A stretch of DNA of 64,000 bases, taken from positions 1 through 64,000 of the IMG/VR virus record IMGVR_UViG_3300008117_000445. One strand, written 5' to 3'. Shown here one piece after another: positions 46,787 to 56,835 of the stretch. How positions within the stretch are numbered: position 1 is the stretch's first letter; each line of letters starts with the position of its first letter. A program made the position numbers and the translations under genes. The notes under the pieces are model-generated. The model had not been told where the DNA came from. It did not search any database and was given only the letters and a program-made list of their open reading frames with translations. The DNA is from a virus.

Positions 46787-47365
46787 ATGAAAGTTATATT
46801 CTTAGATAACGACGGAGTTATATGTCTATCCAATAATTGGGGTGGACGATTAAAAAAATGGGCAAAATACCGTAGTGAAAATCCAGATAGTAGTAAAGAT
46901 AAAAAAGATGCACCAGTATTTGTTCGTTTTGATGATTTTGATAAAAAAGCAATTAAGGTTCTTAATGAAATTATTGAAGAAACGGGTTGTGAGATTGTAG
47001 TTTCTTCAGATTGGAAATTACATGCGACTCTTGAAGAACTTGGTGATTACTACGAAAGTCAAGGGATTATCAAACGACCAATTGCATTAACACCAAATAT
47101 ACAGAACTGTAAGGATTACGACAGTAATTTTATTTGGTCACCACGATGGGAATCAGAACAAATACGAACTATTGAAATTAAACAATATCTTCACGACCAT
47201 CCTGAAATAACACATTGGGTTGCGGTTGATGATTTGAATATGGGAAAAATTGGTGAACCGTGGAAAGATGAATGGGCAATTGATAATTTTGTTTTAACAC
47301 CAAAACAAAACGAAGGAATAAAACAATTGGGTGTAAAAGAAAAAATATTAAATTATTTAATGTGA
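46787..47365 (+). CDS. HAD-superfamily phosphatase / nucleotidase-like
   Basis: motif I VIFLDNDGVI (DxDG). Confidence 0.5.
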   Translation: MKVIFLDNDGVICLSNNWGGRLKKWAKYRSENPDSSKDKKDAPVFVRFDDFDKKAIKVLNEIIEETGCEIVVSSDWKLHATLEELGDYYESQGIIKRPIALTPNIQNCKDYDSNFIWSPRWESEQIRTIEIKQYLHDHPEITHWVAVDDLNMGKIGEPWKDEWAIDNFVLTPKQNEGIKQLGVKEKILNYLM

Positions 47366-47676
47366 AAAGTATAAGTCAATTATTCAAAGGGAACGAACAT
47401 TTAATGGATTTAAGTCCTGTTGAAGAACTTATTGAATATACTCAAGAACTTGAAGGACAAGTGATGGAAAAAAAAATTGAAGATAACTATAATAAAGAAC
47501 ATATGTTAAAATCAATGTTGTCTGATATTCTTAATAGTTGTAGAGAATATGAAGAAAATAAAATACTTCAAGATCGGTACCCAGAATTATATAAAAATAT
47601 AGATGCCGACACTTTAGTTAAGAATTTAATGGCTTATATTCTATCTATGAATATAAAAAATAATCTTAACATATGA
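47362..47676 (+). CDS. hypothetical protein
   Basis: 104-aa ORF, GTG start. Confidence 0.4.
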   Translation: MKSISQLFKGNEHLMDLSPVEELIEYTQELEGQVMEKKIEDNYNKEHMLKSMLSDILNSCREYEENKILQDRYPELYKNIDADTLVKNLMAYILSMNIKNNLNI

Positions 47677-48074
47677 AAAAACGGGTTTATCTTTTTGACA
47701 TCGATGGAACTATTTGTACCGATATAAAAAATGAGGATTCACACCTTTATGAAAGTGCGGAACCAATTGATGGTGCAAAGGAAGAAATTAACAGATTATA
47801 TGATGAAGGCAACAAAATTGTTTTTTTCACCGCCAGAGAATATAAAGATAAAGGAATTACTTTAAAATGGTTATGGAATCACGGATTTAAATTTCACGAC
47901 CTAATAACTGACAAACCAAGATGTATTGAGGATGACTGCGAATATGTTTGGGTTGATAACAGACCGGTAAGAGGGATAACGTTCAAAGGGGATTGGAGTC
48001 CGATTGTTGAATTAAAAAACCAAGAAATTGAAACGCTATTAACATTTAAAAAACAAGATGGAACAAACATTTAA
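47673..48074 (+). CDS. HAD-superfamily phosphatase
   Basis: motif I VYLFDIDGTI (DxDGT). Confidence 0.5.
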   Translation: MKKRVYLFDIDGTICTDIKNEDSHLYESAEPIDGAKEEINRLYDEGNKIVFFTAREYKDKGITLKWLWNHGFKFHDLITDKPRCIEDDCEYVWVDNRPVRGITFKGDWSPIVELKNQEIETLLTFKKQDGTNI

Positions 48075-48369
48075 ACTATTTTTGGTTGATAACAAACCAT
48101 ACCTCACCATTGATGAAGATGTTAAAATCGGAGATAAGGTAATTGTAACAATGGGTAATTTATATCCAACACTTGTTGATTGTATACACGATGATCAGAT
48201 TAATTTGTTTCAAAAACCAAAAACAACAATGACAAAACGACATAAAGTTGTGATGTTACCAGATAAAATAAATTTGGATGAAACAACATTGGACACATTA
48301 AATAAAAACGAAGGACCATTGGTTGTCACATATAAAGATAACCAAATCAAAATTATATCCGATATGTAA
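48058..48369 (+). CDS. hypothetical protein
   Basis: 103-aa ORF. Confidence 0.4.
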   Translation: MEQTFKLFLVDNKPYLTIDEDVKIGDKVIVTMGNLYPTLVDCIHDDQINLFQKPKTTMTKRHKVVMLPDKINLDETTLDTLNKNEGPLVVTYKDNQIKIISDM

Positions 48370-48382
48370 GATAATTATAATT

Positions 48383-48736
48383 ATGGGAATTTCAAACGCC
48401 ATAAAGGTATATGTCAAAGAGTTCTACACAATAAGATATAATCCAAGGAAAAAACAAATATATCTTCACGACTTATCTGAAACTACCGGCCATAACATTA
48501 TTGACATCGGAAGGGTTGGAAGGGTAAAAATATCATTAATTTGGGGAACAATTGAAGAAGTTACCGGAATTCAATATCATCATAAAGAATTTCAATCGGA
48601 ATTATCAAAATTTTTTGTAAATTTGATAACCGAAAAAAAATCAAAAGAGTTTTTTAAATTATTGTTGGAAGAAAATCTGGATGTTAGTTTTAGATTAAAC
48701 GAAATAACAGATGAGTTTCCGGTTTTAAATGATTAA
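48383..48736 (+). CDS. hypothetical protein
   Basis: track ORF 48323..48736, internal Met. Confidence 0.4.
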   Translation: MGISNAIKVYVKEFYTIRYNPRKKQIYLHDLSETTGHNIIDIGRVGRVKISLIWGTIEEVTGIQYHHKEFQSELSKFFVNLITEKKSKEFFKLLLEENLDVSFRLNEITDEFPVLND

Positions 48737-48742
48737 CTATTT

Positions 48743-49105
48743 ATGGATATGACACGAATTATTTTAACCGAAGAAGAAAAAGGTGATTTGTTAAGTAAAC
48801 ACGAAGAAATTGATAGAAAGATTATGAACTTTTTATTAAGAAGATATAGTGTTGAAGAAAAAACAATCGGAGAAGATGATGACGCAATTAAGTGGGTTGA
48901 GGTTAATTTTGTTGATTTTCCAATGTACGGTTTCAACACTTTTATGAACCGAAAGGATATGGAATGGAGAATCCTTAATATGTTGGAAGATGCCGAAAAA
49001 CTAAACGCTGACGAATTTAGGTACAATAGACAATTGGACAAAAACAAACAAAAAACAATTAAAACAATCCGAGCTTTTTTAAATTTTGTATTACCTGTAA
49101 AATGA
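48743..49105 (+). CDS. hypothetical protein
   Basis: 120-aa ORF. Confidence 0.45.
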   Translation: MDMTRIILTEEEKGDLLSKHEEIDRKIMNFLLRRYSVEEKTIGEDDDAIKWVEVNFVDFPMYGFNTFMNRKDMEWRILNMLEDAEKLNADEFRYNRQLDKNKQKTIKTIRAFLNFVLPVK

Positions 49106-49446
49106 AAATAGAAGAAAATATCAAAATAAAAAACCTTCTTAAAGGTTTATTTGAAAACCAAGAGTTTGAAACAACATTCCAAGATAATGTGACTTCATGG
49201 AATGATGAAGAGGAAATTTATGAAGAATATACTTTCAAATATTACATGGAGGTCGGTAAAGTTTTAGGTGAAGGAACAAAGACAGTCGCTTCTATTAATG
49301 TTATTATAACTGAATTTACCAATGATGGAGAAGATAAGATGTTTGTTTGGAAAGAAGAAGGTTATGATGGATACACTTGGTATATTATATCATTAGAAAA
49401 TTTGGTTGGACGAGACGAAGAGCTGGTATGGACATTCTTATCATAG
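49102..49446 (+). CDS. hypothetical protein
   Basis: 114-aa ORF. Confidence 0.45.
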   Translation: MKIEENIKIKNLLKGLFENQEFETTFQDNVTSWNDEEEIYEEYTFKYYMEVGKVLGEGTKTVASINVIITEFTNDGEDKMFVWKEEGYDGYTWYIISLENLVGRDEELVWTFLS

Positions 49447-49675
49447 AATGTGGAGACATCACTCAGAAGGAATATTTGAGATGGAACAAAGGTTTGGTCC
49501 TGAGTTTAAAAATAGTGACGGCAAAACCGTTTATACTCGTTATGTTGGTGAGCAACACGTAAGAGAAGATTGTGATGGTTACATACCATCCGCAAAAGAA
49601 TGGTTCATGATTGTTGAAAATAAACAACGACCTATATGGGCAACTAAAACTCAAAAGTTAGAGTTTGAAGATTAA
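49406..49675 (+). CDS. hypothetical protein
   Basis: 89-aa ORF. Confidence 0.4.
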   Translation: MDETKSWYGHSYHRMWRHHSEGIFEMEQRFGPEFKNSDGKTVYTRYVGEQHVREDCDGYIPSAKEWFMIVENKQRPIWATKTQKLEFED

Positions 49676-49689
49676 GAGTATTTATTAAT

Positions 49690-50439
49690 ATGAATTCACT
49701 TGAGGATATTTTACAATCAAAATTAACGGATGAGTTAAAGAGAGAGTTTAGAAAGTTTTGTTTGTTACTTCAAGCACTTTCAGACGATAACTCTTGGGTG
49801 TATGAATGTGATTTTTATTTAACTGATTCTATATTCTGGGGAGTACCAGCTTTTTATGGTGGGGGTTCAGAAGAATTAATGTCAGAACCAATAAAAAACT
49901 ATTTCCAAAAAATAATCCAAAAATATATTACAGTTGATAATTTGTGGGGTTACATTGATGAAGAATATGAAGATAGGTTAACTGAAACTGGTTGGTTGTA
50001 TTTTACTCTATATCCTAAAATGAATAAATTAAACATTGAATTACATTATGATTATGGAGTTGATGACTATACACCATACGAAGATGAAATATCAACCATT
50101 GTTGAATTATACTCCAGAGGAAATGAGGATGATGTAAAAAAACAATTAAATGAATGGAAACAAAATAATGCAAAGTTTGAAGTGTATTATCAAGGATCCA
50201 ATTTTAATAGTTATGTTGATGACACTTGTAAAAGTAATATCGGTGTTACTAAGATACCGGATGTTATTGAAGTTTTATCTGAAATACTAATTAATATTTA
50301 TGAAAGAGGTTATCATTTGGAAAGAGATGGTGGTGAAGGAACCATTAATTTTGATTTTGGTAAAAACTATTTATTAATGGAACATAGACAATATAATACC
50401 AGACACCAAGAAGTTGATTTGGGAACTTTAAATTTTTAA
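49690..50439 (+). CDS. hypothetical protein
   Basis: 249-aa ORF. Confidence 0.45.
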   Translation: MNSLEDILQSKLTDELKREFRKFCLLLQALSDDNSWVYECDFYLTDSIFWGVPAFYGGGSEELMSEPIKNYFQKIIQKYITVDNLWGYIDEEYEDRLTETGWLYFTLYPKMNKLNIELHYDYGVDDYTPYEDEISTIVELYSRGNEDDVKKQLNEWKQNNAKFEVYYQGSNFNSYVDDTCKSNIGVTKIPDVIEVLSEILINIYERGYHLERDGGEGTINFDFGKNYLLMEHRQYNTRHQEVDLGTLNF

Positions 50440-50442
50440 ATT

Positions 50443-50787
50443 ATGGACGTAACAGAATTAGAGGACGGAGTATTAATTAGAATACTAGAAGCAATACAAG
50501 AAAGAATTGATGATGGAGAGGCCGATTTAGATGAAGACCCTTTTGACTCAACAAATATGGAAATGTTAGACAATGTTTGTGAGTATTTCGGTATGGTACT
50601 AGATGATTTTGTTGAAAGATCATTTTTTGTAAAACTATATAAAGATAACCCAAATTTTCAAACAGAACCGTTAAAAAGACCAACACTTGAAACGTATGAT
50701 GTGGTTCATGAAGAAGACGTTAGAGAAATTAAAACTAATTATTATAATACAAGAATTGATAGTTATTATCCTATAAAAAGAAAATGA
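50443..50787 (+). CDS. hypothetical acidic protein
   Basis: 114-aa ORF. Confidence 0.45.
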   Translation: MDVTELEDGVLIRILEAIQERIDDGEADLDEDPFDSTNMEMLDNVCEYFGMVLDDFVERSFFVKLYKDNPNFQTEPLKRPTLETYDVVHEEDVREIKTNYYNTRIDSYYPIKRK

Positions 50788-51551
50788 AAACAATAAAACT
50801 TACAGACGATCAAAAAAAGAACTTACACAAACCAAACCTGTATTTACAAGCGGTTTTTTCTGAAGGCATTGAATGGAATCGTTGGGTTGAATCAGAAGAA
50901 GGGTATGATTATCATGAAACTTATGGACCAACACCATCCGGACCTAGTGGTTACGATAGAAAAAATGAGTTGGATCCAATATTTAATGATGTGGGATTGG
51001 AAATACTTAACATAATGGCCGAAAATATTATTAATGATAGTGAAGATGAAGTATATGCTAATTTGGATTGTTACGATTGTAGTGGTGGAGGTCATATATA
51101 CGTTAATTACCAACCGGAAGATCAAACGTTCACTTTATTACTTGACAAATATTTAACTTTAACCAATGAAGAATATTTTTCCAAAACATTTAATGAATGG
51201 GCGAATGTTGAACCACAATATGAATGGCACCGAATCCCAAAAGACATAAAAAAATTGTTGGATCCAGATTTTATTGAAAAATATAAAAATGAAGGTGAAA
51301 ATGGGATTTTTGAAATCACATATAATGGTTATGGTGATAGTGGTGAAATTGAAACACCAGTAGATTTACCAGATGAAATTGAATATTTGGGTTATGCGAT
51401 AATAGATGTTTATTTCAGTGGTTGGGAAAATAATCAAGGAGCTGACGGTGAAATCATAATTGATTTCAACAAACAAACAATTTCCATAAGACATGACCAA
51501 CGTTACGAAGAAACCGAAAGAGTTGAGCTTAAAAAAATACAATTAGTTTAA
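50784..51551 (+). CDS. hypothetical acidic protein
   Basis: 255-aa ORF. Confidence 0.45.
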   Translation: MKTIKLTDDQKKNLHKPNLYLQAVFSEGIEWNRWVESEEGYDYHETYGPTPSGPSGYDRKNELDPIFNDVGLEILNIMAENIINDSEDEVYANLDCYDCSGGGHIYVNYQPEDQTFTLLLDKYLTLTNEEYFSKTFNEWANVEPQYEWHRIPKDIKKLLDPDFIEKYKNEGENGIFEITYNGYGDSGEIETPVDLPDEIEYLGYAIIDVYFSGWENNQGADGEIIIDFNKQTISIRHDQRYEETERVELKKIQLV

Positions 51552-52375
51552 TGGAAAAACTACAAGAAAATATTGTTAGAATTAAAAAATTAATGTTGGT
51601 TGAGAATGAAACATCAATTAACAAATACATTGACATTGTTGATTCGGAAGATAATAATCCAAATAATCTGGAAATTGAGTTTATTCAGAAAAACAGACGA
51701 TTTGCCAAAATGTTAAACACAATCTTATTTGAGTTATATAAAGATAATCTGGATTGGAATGAAGATAAAAGTAAGTTTGGCATTGTCGGAGTTTACACAT
51801 TAAATGATTTTACCAATTGGTCCATTTTAAATTATTTTGGTGGACACAAATTCGTAAAAAACAGATTATTAGATAACTTCAAAAAATCAAATCAAGGTGA
51901 TACACCAAAAGATTTTTATCAGTGGATAATTGATAACAAAGAAACATTATTAAAGGATGGTCCATTATTAAAAGAACTCATTAGGGCAAATATGAATACC
52001 TACAACAAGGGATGTATTACAGAAAAATATGTTATTGAAAAATTAAAAAATAAGGGTTTCAACATTAAATATTATCCTCCAGGTTCAACACAAGATAGAG
52101 ATCAAGGAATTGATATTGAAGTTAACGGAAACTCATTCCAGGTAAAGGAATTTACTGGTATGTCAGAAAAAGATGGAAAAATTCTACTAAATACACCTTT
52201 TCCAAAAAACTATCTAGGTATGGACGTTCAACGAATTATGTTGGTTAATATTTCCAATGGTGATTTTGTCTCGTTTCCAAATAAAGATTACATAATTGAC
52301 ATTAAGGATAATTGTTACGTTTTGGATTTACAACTAAAAAGTCAAATCAAATCCGGAAATTTCAATAAATTATGA
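51551..52375 (+). CDS. leader-family protein (MEKLQENIVRIKKLMLVE)
   Basis: 274-aa ORF. Confidence 0.45.
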   Translation: MEKLQENIVRIKKLMLVENETSINKYIDIVDSEDNNPNNLEIEFIQKNRRFAKMLNTILFELYKDNLDWNEDKSKFGIVGVYTLNDFTNWSILNYFGGHKFVKNRLLDNFKKSNQGDTPKDFYQWIIDNKETLLKDGPLLKELIRANMNTYNKGCITEKYVIEKLKNKGFNIKYYPPGSTQDRDQGIDIEVNGNSFQVKEFTGMSEKDGKILLNTPFPKNYLGMDVQRIMLVNISNGDFVSFPNKDYIIDIKDNCYVLDLQLKSQIKSGNFNKL

Positions 52376-52387
52376 TATTTATGTTAA

Positions 52388-53416
52388 ATGAGTGAAGCAG
52401 CAAGAGAACTATTAGACGAATTTAATGACGGTAATTGGAATGAAGTTGGTTCGTATTTCAACGACGACTTTGAAACATTTTTAGATTATCTAGAAAAAAA
52501 TGGTTTAGAAGGTGAATTAGATTATGAAAATGTTGACGATGAATGGCAAAATATAATATTACTTCGTAAATTAGAAAAATATCCTCAAGAGACATTAAAC
52601 TACATTTGTGATAATATAATTACAGATGTTTATTATATGGAAGGTGGATATTATCTATATCTAAGAGAAAGAGAAGAACTGGCAATTCTATTTAGTAATT
52701 CAGGAAGAGACTTTAGTTCAAGAGATGCCGCTGAAAAAGTATTAAGTGAAGACTTTTGGGATCCTTATTGGGACACAACAGATGATGTTTATAGTGATGT
52801 GATTGATGAACTAAATGAGGAAAATAAAAATCATTTAGCAAACTATATTGTAAAAATTATGGGGAACCAAGAATTATCACTTAATGATTATGATGATGGA
52901 CTATTTGAACAATTCTCAGAAAAACAAGGAACCGAAGGGGTTTTTAAAATAGATAGTGAAAATGTAATGCAACTTATTGGTGACGAAATGGCAATGAAAG
53001 AATTGTTTAGTAAAGATCTTGATGAATTAAAAAGTGAATTATATTCTTTACATAATAACGCATATAACGGAGCATATACTGATGAAATATATGATAGTGT
53101 ATGGAGTGAACTTTCAGAATACTTTGAACCAAAATCATGGAAATATGAACAAAAAGATAGATACGATGGTAAAAAAATTCAACATGAATATATTAAAATA
53201 AAAGATTTTTATAATGATATTCATACCTTTTTAAGTGAAAATGAAGATAGACAGTGGTCAGATCAAAGTTTAGAGTATTGGGGTTCATATACTGGATTTG
53301 TTTCACATATGATGGATAACGGAGAAAGGAGTTGGTTAGATTTTAGAATACCAGACTATCCAGATTGGACATTAATCAAAAAGAACATAAATGATAATTT
53401 AGATTCGTATATCTAA
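52388..53416 (+). CDS. hypothetical acidic protein
   Basis: 342-aa ORF. Confidence 0.45.
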   Translation: MSEAARELLDEFNDGNWNEVGSYFNDDFETFLDYLEKNGLEGELDYENVDDEWQNIILLRKLEKYPQETLNYICDNIITDVYYMEGGYYLYLREREELAILFSNSGRDFSSRDAAEKVLSEDFWDPYWDTTDDVYSDVIDELNEENKNHLANYIVKIMGNQELSLNDYDDGLFEQFSEKQGTEGVFKIDSENVMQLIGDEMAMKELFSKDLDELKSELYSLHNNAYNGAYTDEIYDSVWSELSEYFEPKSWKYEQKDRYDGKKIQHEYIKIKDFYNDIHTFLSENEDRQWSDQSLEYWGSYTGFVSHMMDNGERSWLDFRIPDYPDWTLIKKNINDNLDSYI

Positions 53417-54351
53417 TGAAAGTAATAGTAACACAAAAACAACTTGAACAAATTAGAGAAAATGTATCTAAAAAATTTAGTTGTGAAAAATGTGATCATT
53501 CCTGGAAAATAGAAAAAGAAGATAAACATCCATATCTATGTCATATGTGTGGTTATGATTCTGCAAAAGAAAAACATAACTACGACGAACTTGAAAACTT
53601 TTGGAAGAACTATAAAAAAGAAGAAGAGGTTACAGAAAAATGGTCAGAGAAATATAAAAAAAGTATTAACTGTAGTAACCCTAAAAAAATATTATCAACG
53701 GTGATTGAATTTGCAACACCTGAAATAAAAAACATTCTTAATGATGAAAATATCACTATAACCTATGAAATAGAACCTCATAGATATTCAGAATTAGGTT
53801 TTTACACTATCATCACAACATTAAATATTTTAGATAAAAATAGTAACACAATAAAATTAAGTTTGACTGAGAAAGAAGACATTATTGATATTCTTTTTGA
53901 TTATTTAAGTTATATGGGGGAAGATCAACAAACCGAAACATATGACTATAGTTTTGATTTTAAAAAATATAAAATTTCTTATAACTTGAATGAAAATGAT
54001 CAAACACACTTGAGATTAAAAAAATATGGTTACGACATTGAAAAAATAAAACAAGCCCTTCAAATGCTATCTCAAGTTTCAGAATCGGTTGGTGAATTTG
54101 TTCCACTAGAATTTAAACTATATGGTTATCATTTAAGAAAGTTTAATACTGGGTTGCCTGTGTTAATACTTTTTATTGATGTAGATACAGAAGGTGGTGT
54201 TTATAATACTATGAGCGAAAATTGGCACGACATCGGAATGCAATTATTAGATATTTTTCAAATGTTGGGTATTAGAGACGAGAGATATATGAGACCTATG
54301 TATGATTTTAAATTTAATAAAAGATCATTAGATAACATCACAATTGTTTGA
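53416..54351 (+). CDS. leader-family protein (MKVIVTQKQLEQIRENV) with Zn-ribbon
   Basis: CEKCDHSW...CHMCGYD. Confidence 0.5.
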   Translation: MKVIVTQKQLEQIRENVSKKFSCEKCDHSWKIEKEDKHPYLCHMCGYDSAKEKHNYDELENFWKNYKKEEEVTEKWSEKYKKSINCSNPKKILSTVIEFATPEIKNILNDENITITYEIEPHRYSELGFYTIITTLNILDKNSNTIKLSLTEKEDIIDILFDYLSYMGEDQQTETYDYSFDFKKYKISYNLNENDQTHLRLKKYGYDIEKIKQALQMLSQVSESVGEFVPLEFKLYGYHLRKFNTGLPVLILFIDVDTEGGVYNTMSENWHDIGMQLLDIFQMLGIRDERYMRPMYDFKFNKRSLDNITIV

Positions 54352-54415
54352 TTATTCAAAATAATATTATTACATTTGTATCATTATAAATCTTTTAAAA
54401 AAATAAACAAAAATT

Positions 54416-54664
54416 ATGGGAACAAAAGCAGGACAAAAGGGTCGTTACATTTGTAAAGTTGGTTATTTGGATGTATATGCTAAAGACGCACACAAACCAA
54501 AAAAAGCAAGTAGATACAAGTTTACTGTTGCTGACGTGAAATCAACAGCGTATCAGATTTTACACGGTAAAAAAGTGGTTAAAGGTGATTTAAAAACAAA
54601 AGATGATGCGGTAAATGAGGCAATCACATTAATGGGTGATAAAGCCAAAATTTATGGACTTTAA
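54416..54664 (+). CDS. small basic protein
   Basis: 82 aa, Lys-rich. Confidence 0.45.
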   Translation: MGTKAGQKGRYICKVGYLDVYAKDAHKPKKASRYKFTVADVKSTAYQILHGKKVVKGDLKTKDDAVNEAITLMGDKAKIYGL

Positions 54665-54682
54665 AAAAATAAAATAAACTAC

Positions 54683-54712
54683 AGAAAGTCAGGGCAAACT
54701 CCTGACTTTTTT
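54683..54712 (+). terminator. rho-independent terminator
   Basis: AAAGTCAGGgcaaactCCTGACTTTTTTG. Confidence 0.6.
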
Positions 54713-54734
54713 GTTTGGTTCAATATTTATTAGT

Positions 54735-55640
54735 ATGTTATTCAAAAAACGTGATTTGGTTACTGAAGATACCAGTGAAGAAAGTGTCATTAAAAAAGTG
54801 ATATCAAAATTAAAAGATGTTAAACAAAGAGCAACATCCGAAATAAAGGAAACCAGGGCTCTTGTTAGGATTTTAACACACGCTGTAAAATCTTATAGTA
54901 AAAAAAGAGATTTTGACTTAAACGAACAAGATAAAAAATTTATTAAAGGACAATCAACTGATGTGATTAAAAACATCATAATTATGATTGTTGCCATTAT
55001 ACCTTTACCAATACCATTAACTCCATTTTTGGTGATATTTGGAAAAAAACTTGGAGTTGACTTTATACCTCAAGAACAAGAAATACCAGAAAAGGGAAAA
55101 TCCAAAAAAGAAAAAGTTGAGGAATCAAAAAAGTTAAATATTGTAATAACCAAAGAACAATATGAGTTATTAAATGAGATTAACAAAACAGATAAAAATA
55201 GACTTCAGAGACTTTGTACAAATCAAAAAGAAAATAAACCATTTTGTAGTTTACTACAAATGAGAGAAAAACTAACTGATATTGATCAAGTACAACTTGA
55301 TAAATCAGTTAATATATTGGACGATTATTTTAGATTCAGTAACGTTGGGATGTTTCCTCGTATTGTTGAATTAGCACTTAAAGATGAAGGGAGAACTATC
55401 AACTATTTAAAATTGATTTCAGACTTTATTGTGGACGATCAATTTGATGATACCAATACTAAAAAAATATTGGATAAACAACGTTTTTCAAAAGATGTTC
55501 CGGAAAATTTGGATGATATTTTAAAACAAGCCAGAACCTTGGAACATCAAAAATATGAAGAAAGTTTTGTTGGTTACTCAGGGAAGTTATTATTTAAAGG
55601 CCGATCTTGTAACAACAAAAGATTTAAAATACGAAGGTGA
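54735..55640 (+). CDS. membrane protein carrying an internal copy of the leader motif (LNIVITKEQYELLNEINK at ~aa 140)
   Basis: N-terminal TM segments (IIIMIVAIIPLPIPLTPFLVIFG); track ORF 54711..55640. Confidence 0.45.
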   Translation: MLFKKRDLVTEDTSEESVIKKVISKLKDVKQRATSEIKETRALVRILTHAVKSYSKKRDFDLNEQDKKFIKGQSTDVIKNIIIMIVAIIPLPIPLTPFLVIFGKKLGVDFIPQEQEIPEKGKSKKEKVEESKKLNIVITKEQYELLNEINKTDKNRLQRLCTNQKENKPFCSLLQMREKLTDIDQVQLDKSVNILDDYFRFSNVGMFPRIVELALKDEGRTINYLKLISDFIVDDQFDDTNTKKILDKQRFSKDVPENLDDILKQARTLEHQKYEESFVGYSGKLLFKGRSCNNKRFKIRR

Positions 55641-56088
55641 GGTTATATTTCCAACAGGGACTTATTTTGAAGTTAAAAAAATGGATCCATTCATTGACAG
55701 TTATTTATCTGAGTTCTTCTCAATATTTAAAGAAACCGAAAAAATTGTATTTAAAGGTGAATACGTTGAACTTTATAATGAATTAATCCAAAGGATTTTT
55801 GAATGGTTAAATAATAACGAAGATGCTGAGGAATATTTGGATAAAGTTAAGTCACAAATCGGTGGAATAATTTATGAATATCAAACAATAGTACCAAGTG
55901 AATTTATTGATCTTTATTGGTCAAACAAAGGTCAACGTGGTTGTGATGAAAAGAGACTATCAATTAGGTTTAGAATTAAACCGGGCGTAAGTGAAATAAA
56001 AACATTTAGATTTGTTGATAGTGAAGAACTTGAACCAGTGGTTAAAAAGGTACCATATAATCAAAATGAAAAAGTTATTTGTATATGA
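55555..56088 (+). CDS. hypothetical protein (start uncertain; overlaps previous gene by ~85 nt)
   Basis: 177-aa ORF. Confidence 0.35.
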   Translation: MKKVLLVTQGSYYLKADLVTTKDLKYEGEVIFPTGTYFEVKKMDPFIDSYLSEFFSIFKETEKIVFKGEYVELYNELIQRIFEWLNNNEDAEEYLDKVKSQIGGIIYEYQTIVPSEFIDLYWSNKGQRGCDEKRLSIRFRIKPGVSEIKTFRFVDSEELEPVVKKVPYNQNEKVICI

Positions 56089-56375
56089 AAATAATAGTAA
56101 CGGAAGAACAATTTAGGGGACTTTTAGAATCACAACAAGATGATGAACGCGTTGTAAGAAACGCACTATACAGCATTTGGCAAGATGAACTTGACTCAAT
56201 AGGAGAAATTGACTTTGACCCAAAGATTGCAAATTATATAGGTTACAAACAAATAGGACATGTTCACGAAATATATAGAGATTTTCTTGGTGGTTGGGAC
56301 AATATGGTTGAAAAATCATTTGAACTAATGGATAGAACTTTTGATACTATGGATTATAATTTTAGTGGTGGATAA
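56088..56375 (+). CDS. leader-family protein (MKIIVTEEQFRGLLESQ)
   Basis: first of four tandem leader-family genes. Confidence 0.5.
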   Translation, partial: KIIVTEEQFRGLLESQQDDERVVRNALYSIWQDELDSIGEIDFDPKIANYIGYKQIGHVHEIYRDFLGGWDNMVEKSFELMDRTFDTMDYNFSGG

Positions 56376-56428
56376 GTCACAAAGAAAACGGGAATATTAA
56401 TTGAAGTAAACAACTTTTGGATAAAATA

Positions 56429-56833
56429 ATGAAAATAATAATAACAGAAAGTCAGTACAAAATGTTATTGGAATCAAATACTGAATCTATGCAAAGTCTT
56501 ATTGACCTTGCGTTTGATGCTGTAAAAGAAAATTGTGAAAAAGGTTATTACGTAATGGCACACCATGATTATATATGTAACCCAATAGAAATGATTGAAG
56601 AAATTAAAGTTGTTGAGGTATCAAAAAAACAAGTAATGGATTACTTTGAAAAAGATAAAAATGATATAATCAATATAACTGTTGATTTTTATATTGACTC
56701 TATTCGTGAATATAATAATTTAGATAATTTTATTTACGAATTACAAGAAGAAGCGAGAAGTGTTGTTGGTGGTAAATTTATTACGATAAATTATGGAGAA
56801 GTGATTAATAAAAGAAAAAACTTTGATTGGTGA
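56429..56833 (+). CDS. leader-family protein (MKIIITESQYKMLLESN)
   Basis: second of tandem array. Confidence 0.5.
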   Translation: MKIIITESQYKMLLESNTESMQSLIDLAFDAVKENCEKGYYVMAHHDYICNPIEMIEEIKVVEVSKKQVMDYFEKDKNDIINITVDFYIDSIREYNNLDNFIYELQEEARSVVGGKFITINYGEVINKRKNFDW

Positions 56834-56835
56834 TG

